A DNA stretch of 64,000 nt, taken from positions 3,249 to 67,248 of the forward strand of contig JASNYX010000004.1 in assembly GCA_048499955.1 (NCBI GenBank). The letters run 5' to 3'. A program made the translations under genes and the position numbers. Of the stretch, positions 50,821-61,243 are shown piece by piece. The DNA comes from Patescibacteria group bacterium. GTDB taxonomy: Bacteria > Patescibacteriota > WWE3 > 2-01-FULL-39-13. The notes under the pieces were generated by a model. That model had not been told where the DNA came from. It ran no database searches and worked only from the letters and a program-made list of their open reading frames with translations. Position 1 is the first letter of the stretch, and every line of letters starts with the position of its first letter.

Positions 50821-51312
50821 TTATAAATCAATCTTACTCACGGAATTCTTTTCAGTATCAAATATTACAAAACTGGGTTTGCCTGTTTTATAGCCCTGTA
50901 CTTCGCCGGGGTTTATTAAAACTGCATTGCCAACTTTATCTTCTCCATAAATGTGGGTGTGCCCGTATATACAAAGATCAAATTCACCTGATTTAGCAGC
51001 TAATTCAGCAACACGAGGGTAATGATCCATGAAAATCTTAGTTCCATCGATCTCTCCTTCAAAGATATCTCCACATAGTTCTATCTTTTCAGAAGCATCA
51101 ATCATTCTCGTCAATCCCATTCGTTCAGCTTCATTATTTCCCCAAACAAACTTAACTTTGCCATTAAATTTTTCTAAGATAGCCAGCTGAGGTGGGGCAA
51201 TTAGATCTCCTGCAAATAATAGGAATTCGCATTTCTGCTCATTAGAAATGAGCACAGCTTTCTCTAAATTTATCCAGTTATCATGACTATCAGACATTAT
51301 TGAAATTTTCAT
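50821..51312 (-). CDS. YfcE-like metallophosphoesterase
   Basis: SDSHDN, AGD, GNNE, GHTH, INPG. Confidence 0.88.
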   Translation of the reverse strand: MKISIMSDSHDNWINLEKAVLISNEQKCEFLLFAGDLIAPPQLAILEKFNGKVKFVWGNNEAERMGLTRMIDASEKIELCGDIFEGEIDGTKIFMDHYPRVAELAAKSGEFDLCIYGHTHIYGEDKVGNAVLINPGEVQGYKTGKPSFVIFDTEKNSVSKIDL

Positions 51313-51369
51313 ATTTTCAATATACCATCTGTTGATAAATATCAGAATTGGAATAAAATTCTAGCTAAT

Positions 51370-52287
51370 ATGACAACTTACATCTTAACTGCATTAAGCA
51401 ACGATAAATTTACAAAAGCACTTAATGCGATCACCAGTGATGTCGTCTACTTAACATCCCCCGCAAAATTATCTAGCATTAATGAACTACATAAAGACGA
51501 TGAGAAAATAATAGTAATTGACCCCGACTTTGTAGATTGGGAAGTTTCTCAGCAAGACTTGTCGTCAATTCCAAATTTAAAGGCTGTTCTTGTCTCTAGC
51601 ACTTCGTTTGGTTGGGTTGACCAAAACTATTTAAACGAAAAAAATATTCCCCTGATAAACGTAAAAGATTGGTGTACGCACGCGGTAGCAGAATATGCAA
51701 TCATGATGACATTTAATCTTGTTAGGAAAATGCCGTTACTTATTAAAGATGGCTTTCCATTGGATTACGAAAAATACTGTGGGTTCGAATTAAAAGGAAA
51801 AACGACAGGTATTATCGGAATGGGCAATATTGGTAAAGCATTAACAGAAAAATTAAATGGACTGGGAATGAAAGTAGTCTACTGGTCTAAAAATAGCAAA
51901 ACTGACAAAGCCGAATATATTTCATTGGAAAAGCTATTTCAATCTTCCGATTTTATTTTCCCAACAATGGCGGATAATACCGAAACACAACAAATTATCA
52001 CCGACAATTTGTTGAAATCGCTTATGCCAAGTAGCTACTTTGTAAGTATTGTTCACAGATACTACAACCACAATCTACTTTTAGAAATGGTAAAAGATGG
52101 AAATCTTTCAGGTTACGGATTCGAAGATAGTAAAACTAAAATGTCGGATTATGTAGGTAATATATGGGTAGCACCTGAATATGCCTGGTGCACAAGGGAA
52201 TCATTTGAAACAAATGATAAGAAGTTATTGGATAATATAAAATCTGCATTAAGTGGGAACTATGACGGAAAGGTGAATTTTATCTAG
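51370..52287 (+). CDS. D-isomer 2-hydroxyacid dehydrogenase-like protein
   Basis: AVAEYA, ELKGKTTGIIGMGNIG. Confidence 0.85.
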   Translation: MTTYILTALSNDKFTKALNAITSDVVYLTSPAKLSSINELHKDDEKIIVIDPDFVDWEVSQQDLSSIPNLKAVLVSSTSFGWVDQNYLNEKNIPLINVKDWCTHAVAEYAIMMTFNLVRKMPLLIKDGFPLDYEKYCGFELKGKTTGIIGMGNIGKALTEKLNGLGMKVVYWSKNSKTDKAEYISLEKLFQSSDFIFPTMADNTETQQIITDNLLKSLMPSSYFVSIVHRYYNHNLLLEMVKDGNLSGYGFEDSKTKMSDYVGNIWVAPEYAWCTRESFETNDKKLLDNIKSALSGNYDGKVNFI

Positions 52288-52448
52288 GCTGTTCGGTTAC
52301 CGAATGAACGCATACTACATTTCATAATAATCAATCTCGAAATCTAATACCGGACTTGGTAAGATTTCATCAAAAAATTCTGATTGATGCTCTCGGAAAA
52401 AACCTTAGGTCTATAATGTAACCACCAACGTTGCAAATAAAACTTATA

Positions 52449-52886
52449 TTATTCATTTTCTGATTTGGTATGTAGGAGGCCAGATCTCTCCCTAAAAGTT
52501 TGAATCAATTGATCTTTTACTAATTGAGCTAAAGCAGCATCATTTATTATAGTTTCAACAATTTTTGATAACTCACCTTCCATATGCATTCCTGCTGTCA
52601 AGGAATCATTACCCCCGCTTAAGCGTCTTTTTCCTATTAACTCTTCGACTGTGTTCTCTACCTGAAGTAAAAGATTTAGAACAACTCCTTCCTTAGATAA
52701 TTCTGCCCCACCCAACGAACTTGCAATATGGCCGTATAGCTCATCAAACCCATTTCCTCTAGGTAACTTAGACACCTCAAAAGTTTCCTCCAAAGTTTCT
52801 TTAGGAGGGAATACAATCGAAGGTTCATTTGCTGACTCACTTATTCCCGGTTGGTCTCCTGAAAATGGAGTAGTATCTAGTGACAT
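52449..52886 (-). CDS. Hypothetical protein
   Basis: 145-aa ORF with TATAAT just upstream. Confidence 0.55.
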   Translation of the reverse strand: MSLDTTPFSGDQPGISESANEPSIVFPPKETLEETFEVSKLPRGNGFDELYGHIASSLGGAELSKEGVVLNLLLQVENTVEELIGKRRLSGGNDSLTAGMHMEGELSKIVETIINDAALAQLVKDQLIQTFRERSGLLHTKSENE

Positions 52887-52930
52887 ATAAAATGTATTAT
52901 AACAAATAACTACTTATACTAGCATATCAA

Positions 52931-53004
52931 TGGCTGCCCAGCCTGGATTTGAACCAGGATTCTACGCTCCAGAGGCGCATGTCCTACCGTTAGACGACCG
53001 GGCA
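52931..53004 (-). tRNA. tRNA-Gln (anticodon CTG)
   Basis: TGCCCGG...TGCGC-CTCTGGA-GCGTA...GGTTCAAATCC...CTGGGCA-GCCA cloverleaf with encoded CCA. Confidence 0.95.
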
Positions 53005-53226
53005 ATAGTTTTATCCTTATATATACAGTATAGCCTCAAAATCTGCGTTTTATAGCCGTGGGGATGTAACAAACGCTCACGAGACTAGCGTAATTTTACT
53101 ATATTTGGGCACTTTTAACGACCATTATACAGGCAGCAGACCTCCCATCGGCAAACGCCCTATAGTATGATATACTCTCGCCAGAAATCTCGAATCGCTC
53201 GAGATTAATTCAGAGGAGGTCCTGCG

Positions 53227-53403
53227 ATGTCACAAAAAAACGTGATGGCCCGGATGCTTTTTTCATTACTGGTGGCGATAATCACCATCGGGTTACAAGA
53301 CCCGAAGGTGGGTATCACACTCGTATTATTCGCATCGTTGACGTTCGCCGTAGTAACCCTCGTTGCCGACATCATCCACTTTGTACGGATGATTAAGCGG
53401 TAA
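53227..53403 (+). CDS. 58-aa two-TM small protein (below the ORF track cut-off)
   Basis: GAGGAGGT RBS; MSQKNVMARMLFSLLVAIITIGLQDPKVGITLVLFASLTFAVVTLVADIIHFVRMIKR*. Confidence 0.65.
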   Translation: MSQKNVMARMLFSLLVAIITIGLQDPKVGITLVLFASLTFAVVTLVADIIHFVRMIKR

Positions 53404-53547
53404 CACATCCCCCCTCCCAATTTCGGGATAGCATGAGCACATGCTAATAGATCATAATCTATAGGGAACAATTTTTTAAATCCTAGAAAATCAAATAAAA
53501 AAATATAAGCTCTGAAAACGAATGAAGAATTATTTCTGAATGAGTAT

Positions 53548-54232
53548 TTAGCGATTTCTTTCGTTCTTCACAAACACAAATGTTCCGATTGCTATGAATA
53601 CGACCATCATGGCAGCTACAACAGCGATGTTAAGCATCGGATTAAACAATACAGCTTTATCATATTCAGGAGTTCCCCAGTAATAGATGCTGCGCATTAA
53701 GTCTACTGCGTATGTCATTGGAGAAATTCTCGACAGTATCAAAAGTGGCAATGGCAAAATCTGAATCGGATTAAAAACTCCGGCAAGAAAAAATTGCGGA
53801 AACAACAGAAACGGAAAAATCTGATTTGCTGCTCTTTGTTCACTTAGATTCGCCATAACCAAAAGTCCGAATGATCCACCTAATAATGCCGCTATAAACG
53901 CAAAAGGAATTAAACTTAATAACGCACCGTAAGAAATCGGAACGCCAAATAGAATTCCAAATAGTACAATTCCGAAAACCTGCAGAAACGAAACTACTGT
54001 TTCACCTAGGATTTTTCCTATTACAATTGTGTATCTTGAAATCGGAGATATAAACATTTCTTGTGCAAAATCGTTTTGTCTATCTTCTATTAATGAAATT
54101 ATCCCTGCTGCGGTTGATTGAAATAATGGGGAAAGCTAAACTCGCAAGCACTCTCGCTCGATCTCTCATTAGCTTTGTAATATCACGCGAAGCTATAGTT
54201 ATAATTGCGTTAATTTCATTTTTCAGTTTCAT
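53548..54232 (-). pseudogene. ABC-2 type permease with internal deletion/frameshift
   Basis: Start at 54232 (MKLKNEINAIITIASRD...AFPII) shifts directly to LFQSTAAGIISLIEDRQNDFAQEMFISP in another frame. Confidence 0.75.
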
Positions 54233-55178
54233 GTTGTCCATTTTCAATTAAATTTATATAAGCTTCTTCCAAACTTGGAGCATATACATTAACTTTTGTT
54301 AAAGGCGTTTCTATTTTTTTCATTAAATCCTGTACTTCACGGCTTTGCTTGATATCAATTTTATAGGGACCATCTCCGGTAAATTTAATATTTCGACCTG
54401 AAAGTTCACGAATCAAATCAGACCTGTTACCGGAATCTACAATCAGGTGTTCATCTATTAATTTTTCTTTTATTTGTTGAGGAGATCCTTCGGAAATTAT
54501 TTTGCCGTGATTTATTATGCAAATATGGTCTGCACCCTCGGCCTCATCTAAGTAATGTGTTGTTAAAAATATGGTTATGTTTTCTTTACGCCTGACTTCC
54601 TGTAAATATGTCCAGAGATTTTTTCTGCTAACCGGGTCTAACCCTATAGTAGGTTCGTCCAAAAATAAAACTTTGGGATCATGCATTAAGCCACGAATGA
54701 TTTCGAGTTTTCGTTTCATGCCTCCGGAATATGACTTGATGGGATTAAAAAGTTCATCCATTTTTAGTCCGATTACTTTTGCCAGTTGCTCAACTTTTTT
54801 GCGATAGCTTTCAGGCATCATTCTAAACGCGGGAGCATACGAATAAAGCCCATATAAATTAGCATGGAACCTGATATTTTCTTCTGCAGTTAGGTTAGCA
54901 TCAAGGCTCGGGTTTTGAAAAATTACACCAATATTACGTCTTACTTCTGAAGAATTCTTATCAAGATTATATCCTGCAACATAAACTTCTCCGGAAGTCT
55001 TAGATAAGGTAGTGGTTTTTCCAGCACCGTTTGGTCCAAGTAAAGCGAAAAAACTGCCTTCTGCAACCTCGAAACTTATATCATCAACTGCGTTTACAGT
55101 TCCCTTTTTATATTTTTTTATTAGATTTTTTACTTTTACGATTGGTTCACAAACATGAATTATAGCACCAAGCCCCAC
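54216..55178 (-). CDS. ABC transporter ATP-binding protein (DrrA-like), probably damaged
   Basis: GPNGAGKTT, YSGGMKRK, LDEPT. The helix after Walker A is short by about 7 residues, and the nearest ATG is out of frame. Confidence 0.8.
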   Translation of the reverse strand: MGLGAIIHVCEPIVKVKNLIKKYKKGTVNAVDDISFEVAEGSFFALLGPNGAGKTTTLSKTSGEVYVAGYNLDKNSSEVRRNIGVIFQNPSLDANLTAEENIRFHANLYGLYSYAPAFRMMPESYRKKVEQLAKVIGLKMDELFNPIKSYSGGMKRKLEIIRGLMHDPKVLFLDEPTIGLDPVSRKNLWTYLQEVRRKENITIFLTTHYLDEAEGADHICIINHGKIISEGSPQQIKEKLIDEHLIVDSGNRSDLIRELSGRNIKFTGDGPYKIDIKQSREVQDLMKKIETPLTKVNVYAPSLEEAYINLIENGQHETEK

Positions 55179-55224
55179 AGGGCAGTCTAGAGGCGATATG
55201 GTTTATTCTGTGACGATGAGAATA

Positions 55225-56742
55225 TCAAATAGATTCGATGGCTTCGCCAATGGATCTTAATGTCTTAGCTTTCCCTAATAAAAGCATGGATTCAAATAAA
55301 GGTGGAGAAACTTTACTTCGGCAGATAGCTATTCTAATCGGATAAAAAACTTCCATGATTTTCCAACCTAATTCAGCTGCACGAGCGGATACAATCGATT
55401 CAGTATTTTTTAAGCTTTCTAAATTCCATTCAGTTTCCTCCAGTCGGTGCAGAACCCAATTTAAGTGTCCATCAATTTCGGCAGCACCACGGTGAGCGGA
55501 AATTAATTCCACATCGACGGGTAACCTTTTAATAAAAAAATCGTTCATCGGTAACAAATCTTCGAACTTCTTAATACGTTCTTTGTTAATATCTATAAAC
55601 AGTTTTTTTAAATCGGGTTCAAGATCATTTAAGAAGGCCTTCATCGTGACGTGATCTTCTGTTTTCCAATGTGATTCATATTCAACTGCCCCTCGATAAG
55701 GATAAGTCATACAGTGATCTAACCAAGAGATTAACTTCTCATATATTTCAACTGAATCACCTACCCGCAAATATTGCCCGTTCATCCATTCAAGTTTTGT
55801 TAAATCAAATTTCGGATTAATAGGTGATAAATCTTTCGGATCAAACTTATTAACAAATTCTTCAAAATTGAAAATTTCTTTTTCTTCAGGATGACTCCAA
55901 CCAAGCAGTGAAATAAAATTTATTACAGCCTGTGGCAAAAATCCTTTTCGTAAATACCAATCTACGCTGGCGTGCCCCTGACGTTTGGACACCTTCGAAC
56001 CATCCATATTCGAAATCTGTGCAGTATGAATAAATTGAGGCATTTCCCAACCAAAATAATCATATAAGAGTTTATGCTTGGGAAACGAAGTAATCCAATC
56101 CGGACCTCGCACCACATGGGTAATTTCCATTAAGTGATCATCTACCACAACTGCCAAATGATAAGTCGGAAAACCATCGCCTTTAATTATTACCTGATCG
56201 TCAATAACAGAAGAATCGAATTCGATATTTCCACGAATAAGGTCATGTACAACAACTTTTTCGTTATTCGGGATTTTCATGCGAATAACATGGGGCTCAC
56301 CACTTGAAGCCCGACGAGCGGATTCTTCAGGATCAAGATCTCGGCAATGTTTATCGTACATCGGCATTTTACCGTTTTTTTGCTGTTCTTCTCGGATTTG
56401 AGTCAGCCTATCTTTAGTACAAAAACAATAATAAGCGTGTCCTTTATTCAAAAGTTCCTGTGCGTGTTTTTGATAAATTTCGAGCCTTTGTGACTGATGG
56501 TATGGTCCAAAATCCCCACCATAATGAGGACCTTCATCCGGAACCATTCCGAAATTACTCAGTCCTTCGTAAATTGCCGATTCGGCATCTTCCACTAACC
56601 GACTTTGATCGGTATCTTCAATCCGCAAGATAAACTTACCTGTATTCTTTAGGGCAATTGCTTTATCCAACATTGCCTGATAAAGCGTACCTAAGTGCAT
56701 GTATCCTGTCGGGCTTGGGCCGACTCTAGTTCTTATTGCCAT
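55225..56742 (-). CDS. gltX: Glutamate--tRNA ligase
   Basis: RVGPSPTGYMHLG, LRIEDTD, AYYCFC, KVSKR. Confidence 0.95.
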   Translation of the reverse strand: MAIRTRVGPSPTGYMHLGTLYQAMLDKAIALKNTGKFILRIEDTDQSRLVEDAESAIYEGLSNFGMVPDEGPHYGGDFGPYHQSQRLEIYQKHAQELLNKGHAYYCFCTKDRLTQIREEQQKNGKMPMYDKHCRDLDPEESARRASSGEPHVIRMKIPNNEKVVVHDLIRGNIEFDSSVIDDQVIIKGDGFPTYHLAVVVDDHLMEITHVVRGPDWITSFPKHKLLYDYFGWEMPQFIHTAQISNMDGSKVSKRQGHASVDWYLRKGFLPQAVINFISLLGWSHPEEKEIFNFEEFVNKFDPKDLSPINPKFDLTKLEWMNGQYLRVGDSVEIYEKLISWLDHCMTYPYRGAVEYESHWKTEDHVTMKAFLNDLEPDLKKLFIDINKERIKKFEDLLPMNDFFIKRLPVDVELISAHRGAAEIDGHLNWVLHRLEETEWNLESLKNTESIVSARAAELGWKIMEVFYPIRIAICRSKVSPPLFESMLLLGKAKTLRSIGEAIESI

Positions 56743-56769
56743 AGTTTGTTAGAAAATAAATTAGAACTC

Positions 56770-56869
56770 ATCTAAAAACCTTTCCAAAGTTCGAAACGGT
56801 TTCGGCAGATGTCGTTGTCCTTTCCATACCTTTCCGCGCCTCAAGCTCACTTTGGAAAGCTTTTTAGAT
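56770..56869. repeat. 100-bp element with 21-bp terminal inverted repeats (MITE/REP-like or leader RNA)
   Basis: ATCTAAAAACCTTTCCAAAGT (56770-56790) and ACTTTGGAAAGCTTTTTAGAT (56849-56869), 20/21 complementary. Confidence 0.6.
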
Positions 56870-56924
56870 CCGTTGTAATTATGAGGGTTCTCGAGGTTTT
56901 CAGATAGCTTTTAGTTTTCAAAAG

Positions 56925-58097
56925 TTAATTTCCTGATAACACGTAATCACCTCTTATTGCAGGATAGTATATTATAATATCACCCTGTTGAGCCAGTTGT
57001 CCTGAGAGAGGTTGAGTCACAAATCTTCCCTCAAATACATACATAGGTTGCAAATAAGGCTGATATTCTCGGGGTTCAAAATATGCGAGTGAAACATTTT
57101 TAATATCAACTCTATTAACTGGAAGATCATTTCTGAACGGATCAAAAGCATCTTCACCGTCAACTCTTAAATACGAAATAACACCCTTATTTTCAGCAAC
57201 AGTAGTCCAAACATTTTCAACCGGAGAAATAAAATAGGCTGAAAAACCTTCGTAATTAACCGACCACTGTATAAAGTTAATAATCGGAAATTTAAAAGGA
57301 GCCTGAGAATTCGTGACATAAAAATTCATTAGAGAATTTTTAGGGTTTGGGCCATAAATTTTATAACTGATTTCAGGTATTTTGTTCCTCTCACTTGCCG
57401 CTTGTACAACGAGTTTTTTGAAAACATCTACCCGCATCATCTTAGCTCTTTGAGTATCCAGTTTTGACTCGCGGATTCTTCCCAAACTCACTAATGCCGG
57501 AGTTGTTGTAAAAGTAAGATTTGGAATATCTTTAGTACCCAACAAACTTTTTGAGCGGATTAACCCCGAAACCTCATTAGTAGCATCTGTATTCGTAATT
57601 GCCAATGCAGCATTTACAACCGTATTAAGCTTATCGATTGACGTGCCTAACTGAAAGTTACTAGTAACCGCATCCGCAGCGTAATTACGATTGTTGGTTC
57701 CATCGACCCAAACGAATTCAGAAGCACTCTTCTTCTGGAAATTATTGCCAAAACCAAAGTCGGTTGCCAAATTCTTAATAGATTGTTCAGCCAAAAGGGT
57801 ACTTCTCGGCTCAGGAATCTCATAAACATTAACGCGATCAGGAAAAGCCGGGAGTCTCCCATCGGGTGTGTCCAAAACATACTGAGGATTACCCTCGATT
57901 TTGATAGAACTCATCCGAAGCTGAGGTAAAGATCCATATTTTGATTCAGGAGGAGGTACTTTTTTAGGGAAAAAGTATCTATAAACATTAACCGATTGAT
58001 TAAAACCAAAACGAAGGCTATAAAAAATTATTGATCCCACAAACAAAACTACAATAGCTCTGCGAAATTGTACCTGAGTATTTGTGAGGGAAGCCAT
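56925..58097 (-). CDS. Membrane-anchored hypothetical protein
   Basis: N-terminal TM; LAYF...YLQPMYVFEG...YYPAI tail. Confidence 0.65.
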   Translation of the reverse strand: MASLTNTQVQFRRAIVVLFVGSIIFYSLRFGFNQSVNVYRYFFPKKVPPPESKYGSLPQLRMSSIKIEGNPQYVLDTPDGRLPAFPDRVNVYEIPEPRSTLLAEQSIKNLATDFGFGNNFQKKSASEFVWVDGTNNRNYAADAVTSNFQLGTSIDKLNTVVNAALAITNTDATNEVSGLIRSKSLLGTKDIPNLTFTTTPALVSLGRIRESKLDTQRAKMMRVDVFKKLVVQAASERNKIPEISYKIYGPNPKNSLMNFYVTNSQAPFKFPIINFIQWSVNYEGFSAYFISPVENVWTTVAENKGVISYLRVDGEDAFDPFRNDLPVNRVDIKNVSLAYFEPREYQPYLQPMYVFEGRFVTQPLSGQLAQQGDIIIYYPAIRGDYVLSGN

Positions 58098-58139
58098 GCT
58101 TATATTGTACCAAAGTTCGCAGTAAGGTTTACGATAACA

Positions 58140-59201
58140 CTACTCTTTAGATTTAGTTTCAACCTTGGATTTTTGACGAGACTCGGGCGTGCTTGCCATA
58201 TCCGTGAAGTCGTACCCGTAAAGATATCTGAATATTTCCGAAATTATAATCAATAGAGGCAACGACAAGATACCACCAACAATTCCAAACAGTTCAGCCC
58301 CAACCATGAAGGCAATAATTGTCAAAAGCGGATTAAAACCGATTGCCCGCTCCATTATCTTTGGAACTATTATATGATTCTCCAACTGCTGAATTAAAAT
58401 ATATAGGCCAATGACTCCCAAACCGATTGCAGGTGAATAACTAAACCCTATTATTGCAGCCGGAATAAGCGAAATTGTTGGACCGATGATCGGTATTATC
58501 TCCAACAAACCTGCAAAAACTCCAAGAGCTAAAGCAAATTCTCCCAACCCCAAGATAGTCAAACCCAAGTAACTCAAAGCACCTACCACAACCATAAGGA
58601 GTATCTGCCCACGTAACCAGTCTTTTAGTTTGAATTCAATATCCGTTAGCGTTTTCTGAACACCAGCTCTTCTGTCAGGTGGGAAAAATCCGATTACGTA
58701 TTGCCTAATGTTTTTGAAATCCAGCAGTATATAAATTGTAAAAACAACGATCAGAAGTAGCGATAATACGCTGGAAAAAATGCTCAAGGTAAAGTCAAAA
58801 ATTCGTTGGCCACCCGAACTTAGCTGAGCCAAAATTGTATCAATATATGAGTCATACCCCGGCAAATTAAGTACCGAATCAACATAATAGGGGAAATTCA
58901 CAGTCAGTAACCGAATCTGTTGAATAAGTGGTGTAAAAGCAATGCTTCCCAAAAGTCCGAACGTCGATAATGATAAAAGGATCACTATCATTACAGATAA
59001 ACCGTAGGGGATTCTCTTTCTAACAAACCATTCAACGGAGGGCTCTAATGCCAAGGCCAATATCAACCCCAAAAAAATAAGAACTAATACATTCTTTATG
59101 AGAAAAAGTAGATATAATAAACCGATTATTGAAAAAAAGGTTAGTATACTTTGAGAGGTAATCGAAAGATGGAAATTTTTACTACTATCGTTTTTTTTCA
59201 T
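58140..59201 (-). CDS. AI-2E family transporter
   Basis: WLRGQ, IIPIIGP, QQLENHIIVPKIM, GFNPL. Confidence 0.9.
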   Translation of the reverse strand: MKKNDSSKNFHLSITSQSILTFFSIIGLLYLLFLIKNVLVLIFLGLILALALEPSVEWFVRKRIPYGLSVMIVILLSLSTFGLLGSIAFTPLIQQIRLLTVNFPYYVDSVLNLPGYDSYIDTILAQLSSGGQRIFDFTLSIFSSVLSLLLIVVFTIYILLDFKNIRQYVIGFFPPDRRAGVQKTLTDIEFKLKDWLRGQILLMVVVGALSYLGLTILGLGEFALALGVFAGLLEIIPIIGPTISLIPAAIIGFSYSPAIGLGVIGLYILIQQLENHIIVPKIMERAIGFNPLLTIIAFMVGAELFGIVGGILSLPLLIIISEIFRYLYGYDFTDMASTPESRQKSKVETKSKE

Positions 59202-59236
59202 TTCTCTCCAAAAAATTTACTGTTTTTTCAGCGGAT

Positions 59237-60190
59237 TCAACAAACCAATTCTACAATTCTGCGTACTTCCAAGTCAAAGCCCGGATTTTCAGGGTCAAGA
59301 AAATAAGCATTAGGAAATTGTTTGTATTTCTTGAACCAAGTTTCCTGCCTTCTGATATAGGCGTGAAGATCAAATTGAATACGCTCGATTGAATCCCTTT
59401 CGTTTTTATTCCTACTCTCAACATATTCTAATGCAGTCTTATAAACAAGCCCTTTCATAACATTTGAATCTTTATAACCTAAATCTATCAATTTTATGAC
59501 TTCCTTTTTTAATTCCTCCCAGACCGATTCAACCCAACGATCAACACGCAAATAAATTGCATCACGAGTTCTGTTTAAAACAATAATAGTCGAATCAACA
59601 TCAGCCGGATTTAGCAGCTGATTTTCAGCTTTATCTATGGAATTAAGAAGCTCAATCTTTCTTATCAATCTACGCTTATTATTAATATCGCTATAGTTCA
59701 TTTCTGATTTTACATCTTCTGGAATTAACCCTTGAAGATCCTCTTTAGTTTTAATTTCGAGTTCTTTTCGTAATTCCCAGTTGGGTTCAGACCCCTGAGA
59801 AACCGGTATGCCCAAAAGCGAGTCAAGATAGAGTCCTGTACCTCCGACAATAAACTTAGTTTTAGGATTTTGAGTTAAAATCTCAAGTGATCGTGTTTGA
59901 AAATCATGAACAGTAAAAGTAGCTAAGGGATCAACAACATCATACATCCAGATATTGATGCCATCAATTTTCCACTTATCATCCCCTTTAGATACGATTG
60001 AGTCAGAGTGTATAGGCAATTTACCGGTTCCTACATCAAAATCTTTGTAGATTTGTCGAGAATCGGCTGAAAGCAGTGCTGAATCGAACTCTTCGCACAA
60101 CCTTAAGGCCAACGATGTTTTCCCTGAAGATGTCGGACCTGCAATGAAGATCTTGTTTTTAGTCTGATTAAACCCTCGTAAAGACGGCAT
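59237..60190 (-). CDS. miaA: tRNA dimethylallyltransferase
   Basis: GPTSSGKT, SADSRQIY, VGGTGLY, YIRRQETWF. Confidence 0.92.
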   Translation of the reverse strand: MPSLRGFNQTKNKIFIAGPTSSGKTSLALRLCEEFDSALLSADSRQIYKDFDVGTGKLPIHSDSIVSKGDDKWKIDGINIWMYDVVDPLATFTVHDFQTRSLEILTQNPKTKFIVGGTGLYLDSLLGIPVSQGSEPNWELRKELEIKTKEDLQGLIPEDVKSEMNYSDINNKRRLIRKIELLNSIDKAENQLLNPADVDSTIIVLNRTRDAIYLRVDRWVESVWEELKKEVIKLIDLGYKDSNVMKGLVYKTALEYVESRNKNERDSIERIQFDLHAYIRRQETWFKKYKQFPNAYFLDPENPGFDLEVRRIVELVC

Positions 60191-60253
60191 ATTTATATTA
60201 TACCCGAGCATACATAGTTTTATTCGATATAATTGTCGGGAAAGCAAACATCT

Positions 60254-61222
60254 ATGCCTAAGAAATATAATTATGAAAACATAAATAAATTTATTGAAAG
60301 CTTAAAGGAAATTTATCCATTTGATTTTCCGAACGTCGAAAAAGGCCTGAAAATTAAACGTCAAACAACATTTAGAGTTAACAAGCTAAAGGGCAATTCT
60401 CAGGAAGTCGAAAAAAGCCTGGAAAATGAGGGTTTTTTGGTCAAGAAAGGGACGTTTCCGGAATCTTACATCGTTACTTCGAAGCCTGAGGACAAACACC
60501 TTTCTGATACAGCTGCCTTTATTGAAGGGAAATTATATGTGCAGGAACTGGCAAGCATGATTCCACCATTAGTATTAAATCCCAAACCGGGTGATAAAAT
60601 CCTCGACATGGCATCTGCCCCGGGAAGCAAAACCACACAAATGGCCGCCATGACGAATAACGAAGCTGAAATACTCGCTCTCGAAAAACACCCACTAAGA
60701 ATTAAAACCCTTCAACATAATCTAAAAATACAAGGTGCCGATAACACCACCTCATTGAGAATAGACTCGATGGAATTCCAACGCAGAAATCCTCAATTCA
60801 TAGAATACTTCGATAAAATTCTGGTGGATGCCCCATGCTCAAGCGAGGGAAGATTCAACCTTAACGATCCCAAGTCTTATAAATACTGGAATATTCACAA
60901 GAGAAAAGAAATGAGCCGAATTCAAAAAGGCCTGTTAATGTCAGGAATAAGAATGCTTAAACCGGGAGGCACACTTGTGTATTCAACTTGCACCTTCGGA
61001 ACAGAAGAAAACGAACAGGTATTACAATGGCTCAAAGACAAAATCCCCGAGATATCGATAGAAAAGATAGAGATACCAATAAAAAATGTGAAGCCCGGAT
61101 TAAACTCGTGGAAAGAAAAAAAGTTCGATTCCCAGATTAGAAATGCTATACGAGTTGTTCCCGATGAACTTTTTGGTGGCTTCTTTATCGCAAAATTAAA
61201 AAAGAAGAAGGCGACACATTGA
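60254..61222 (+). CDS. RsmB/RsmF (NOL1/NOP2) RNA m5C methyltransferase
   Basis: LDMASAPGSKT, LVDAPCS, YSTCT, GFFIA. Confidence 0.92.
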   Translation: MPKKYNYENINKFIESLKEIYPFDFPNVEKGLKIKRQTTFRVNKLKGNSQEVEKSLENEGFLVKKGTFPESYIVTSKPEDKHLSDTAAFIEGKLYVQELASMIPPLVLNPKPGDKILDMASAPGSKTTQMAAMTNNEAEILALEKHPLRIKTLQHNLKIQGADNTTSLRIDSMEFQRRNPQFIEYFDKILVDAPCSSEGRFNLNDPKSYKYWNIHKRKEMSRIQKGLLMSGIRMLKPGGTLVYSTCTFGTEENEQVLQWLKDKIPEISIEKIEIPIKNVKPGLNSWKEKKFDSQIRNAIRVVPDELFGGFFIAKLKKKKATH

Positions 61223-61243
61223 TCTGTACATGCGTATGAAAGA

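Noticed and set aside
52931-53004. tRNA-Gln as the integration site of a second island
   Set aside because: No integrase and no duplicated tRNA 3' end found nearby.
53205-53471. Minus-strand 88-aa ORF
   Set aside because: Shadow of the better-supported plus-strand 58-aa gene with a strong SD.
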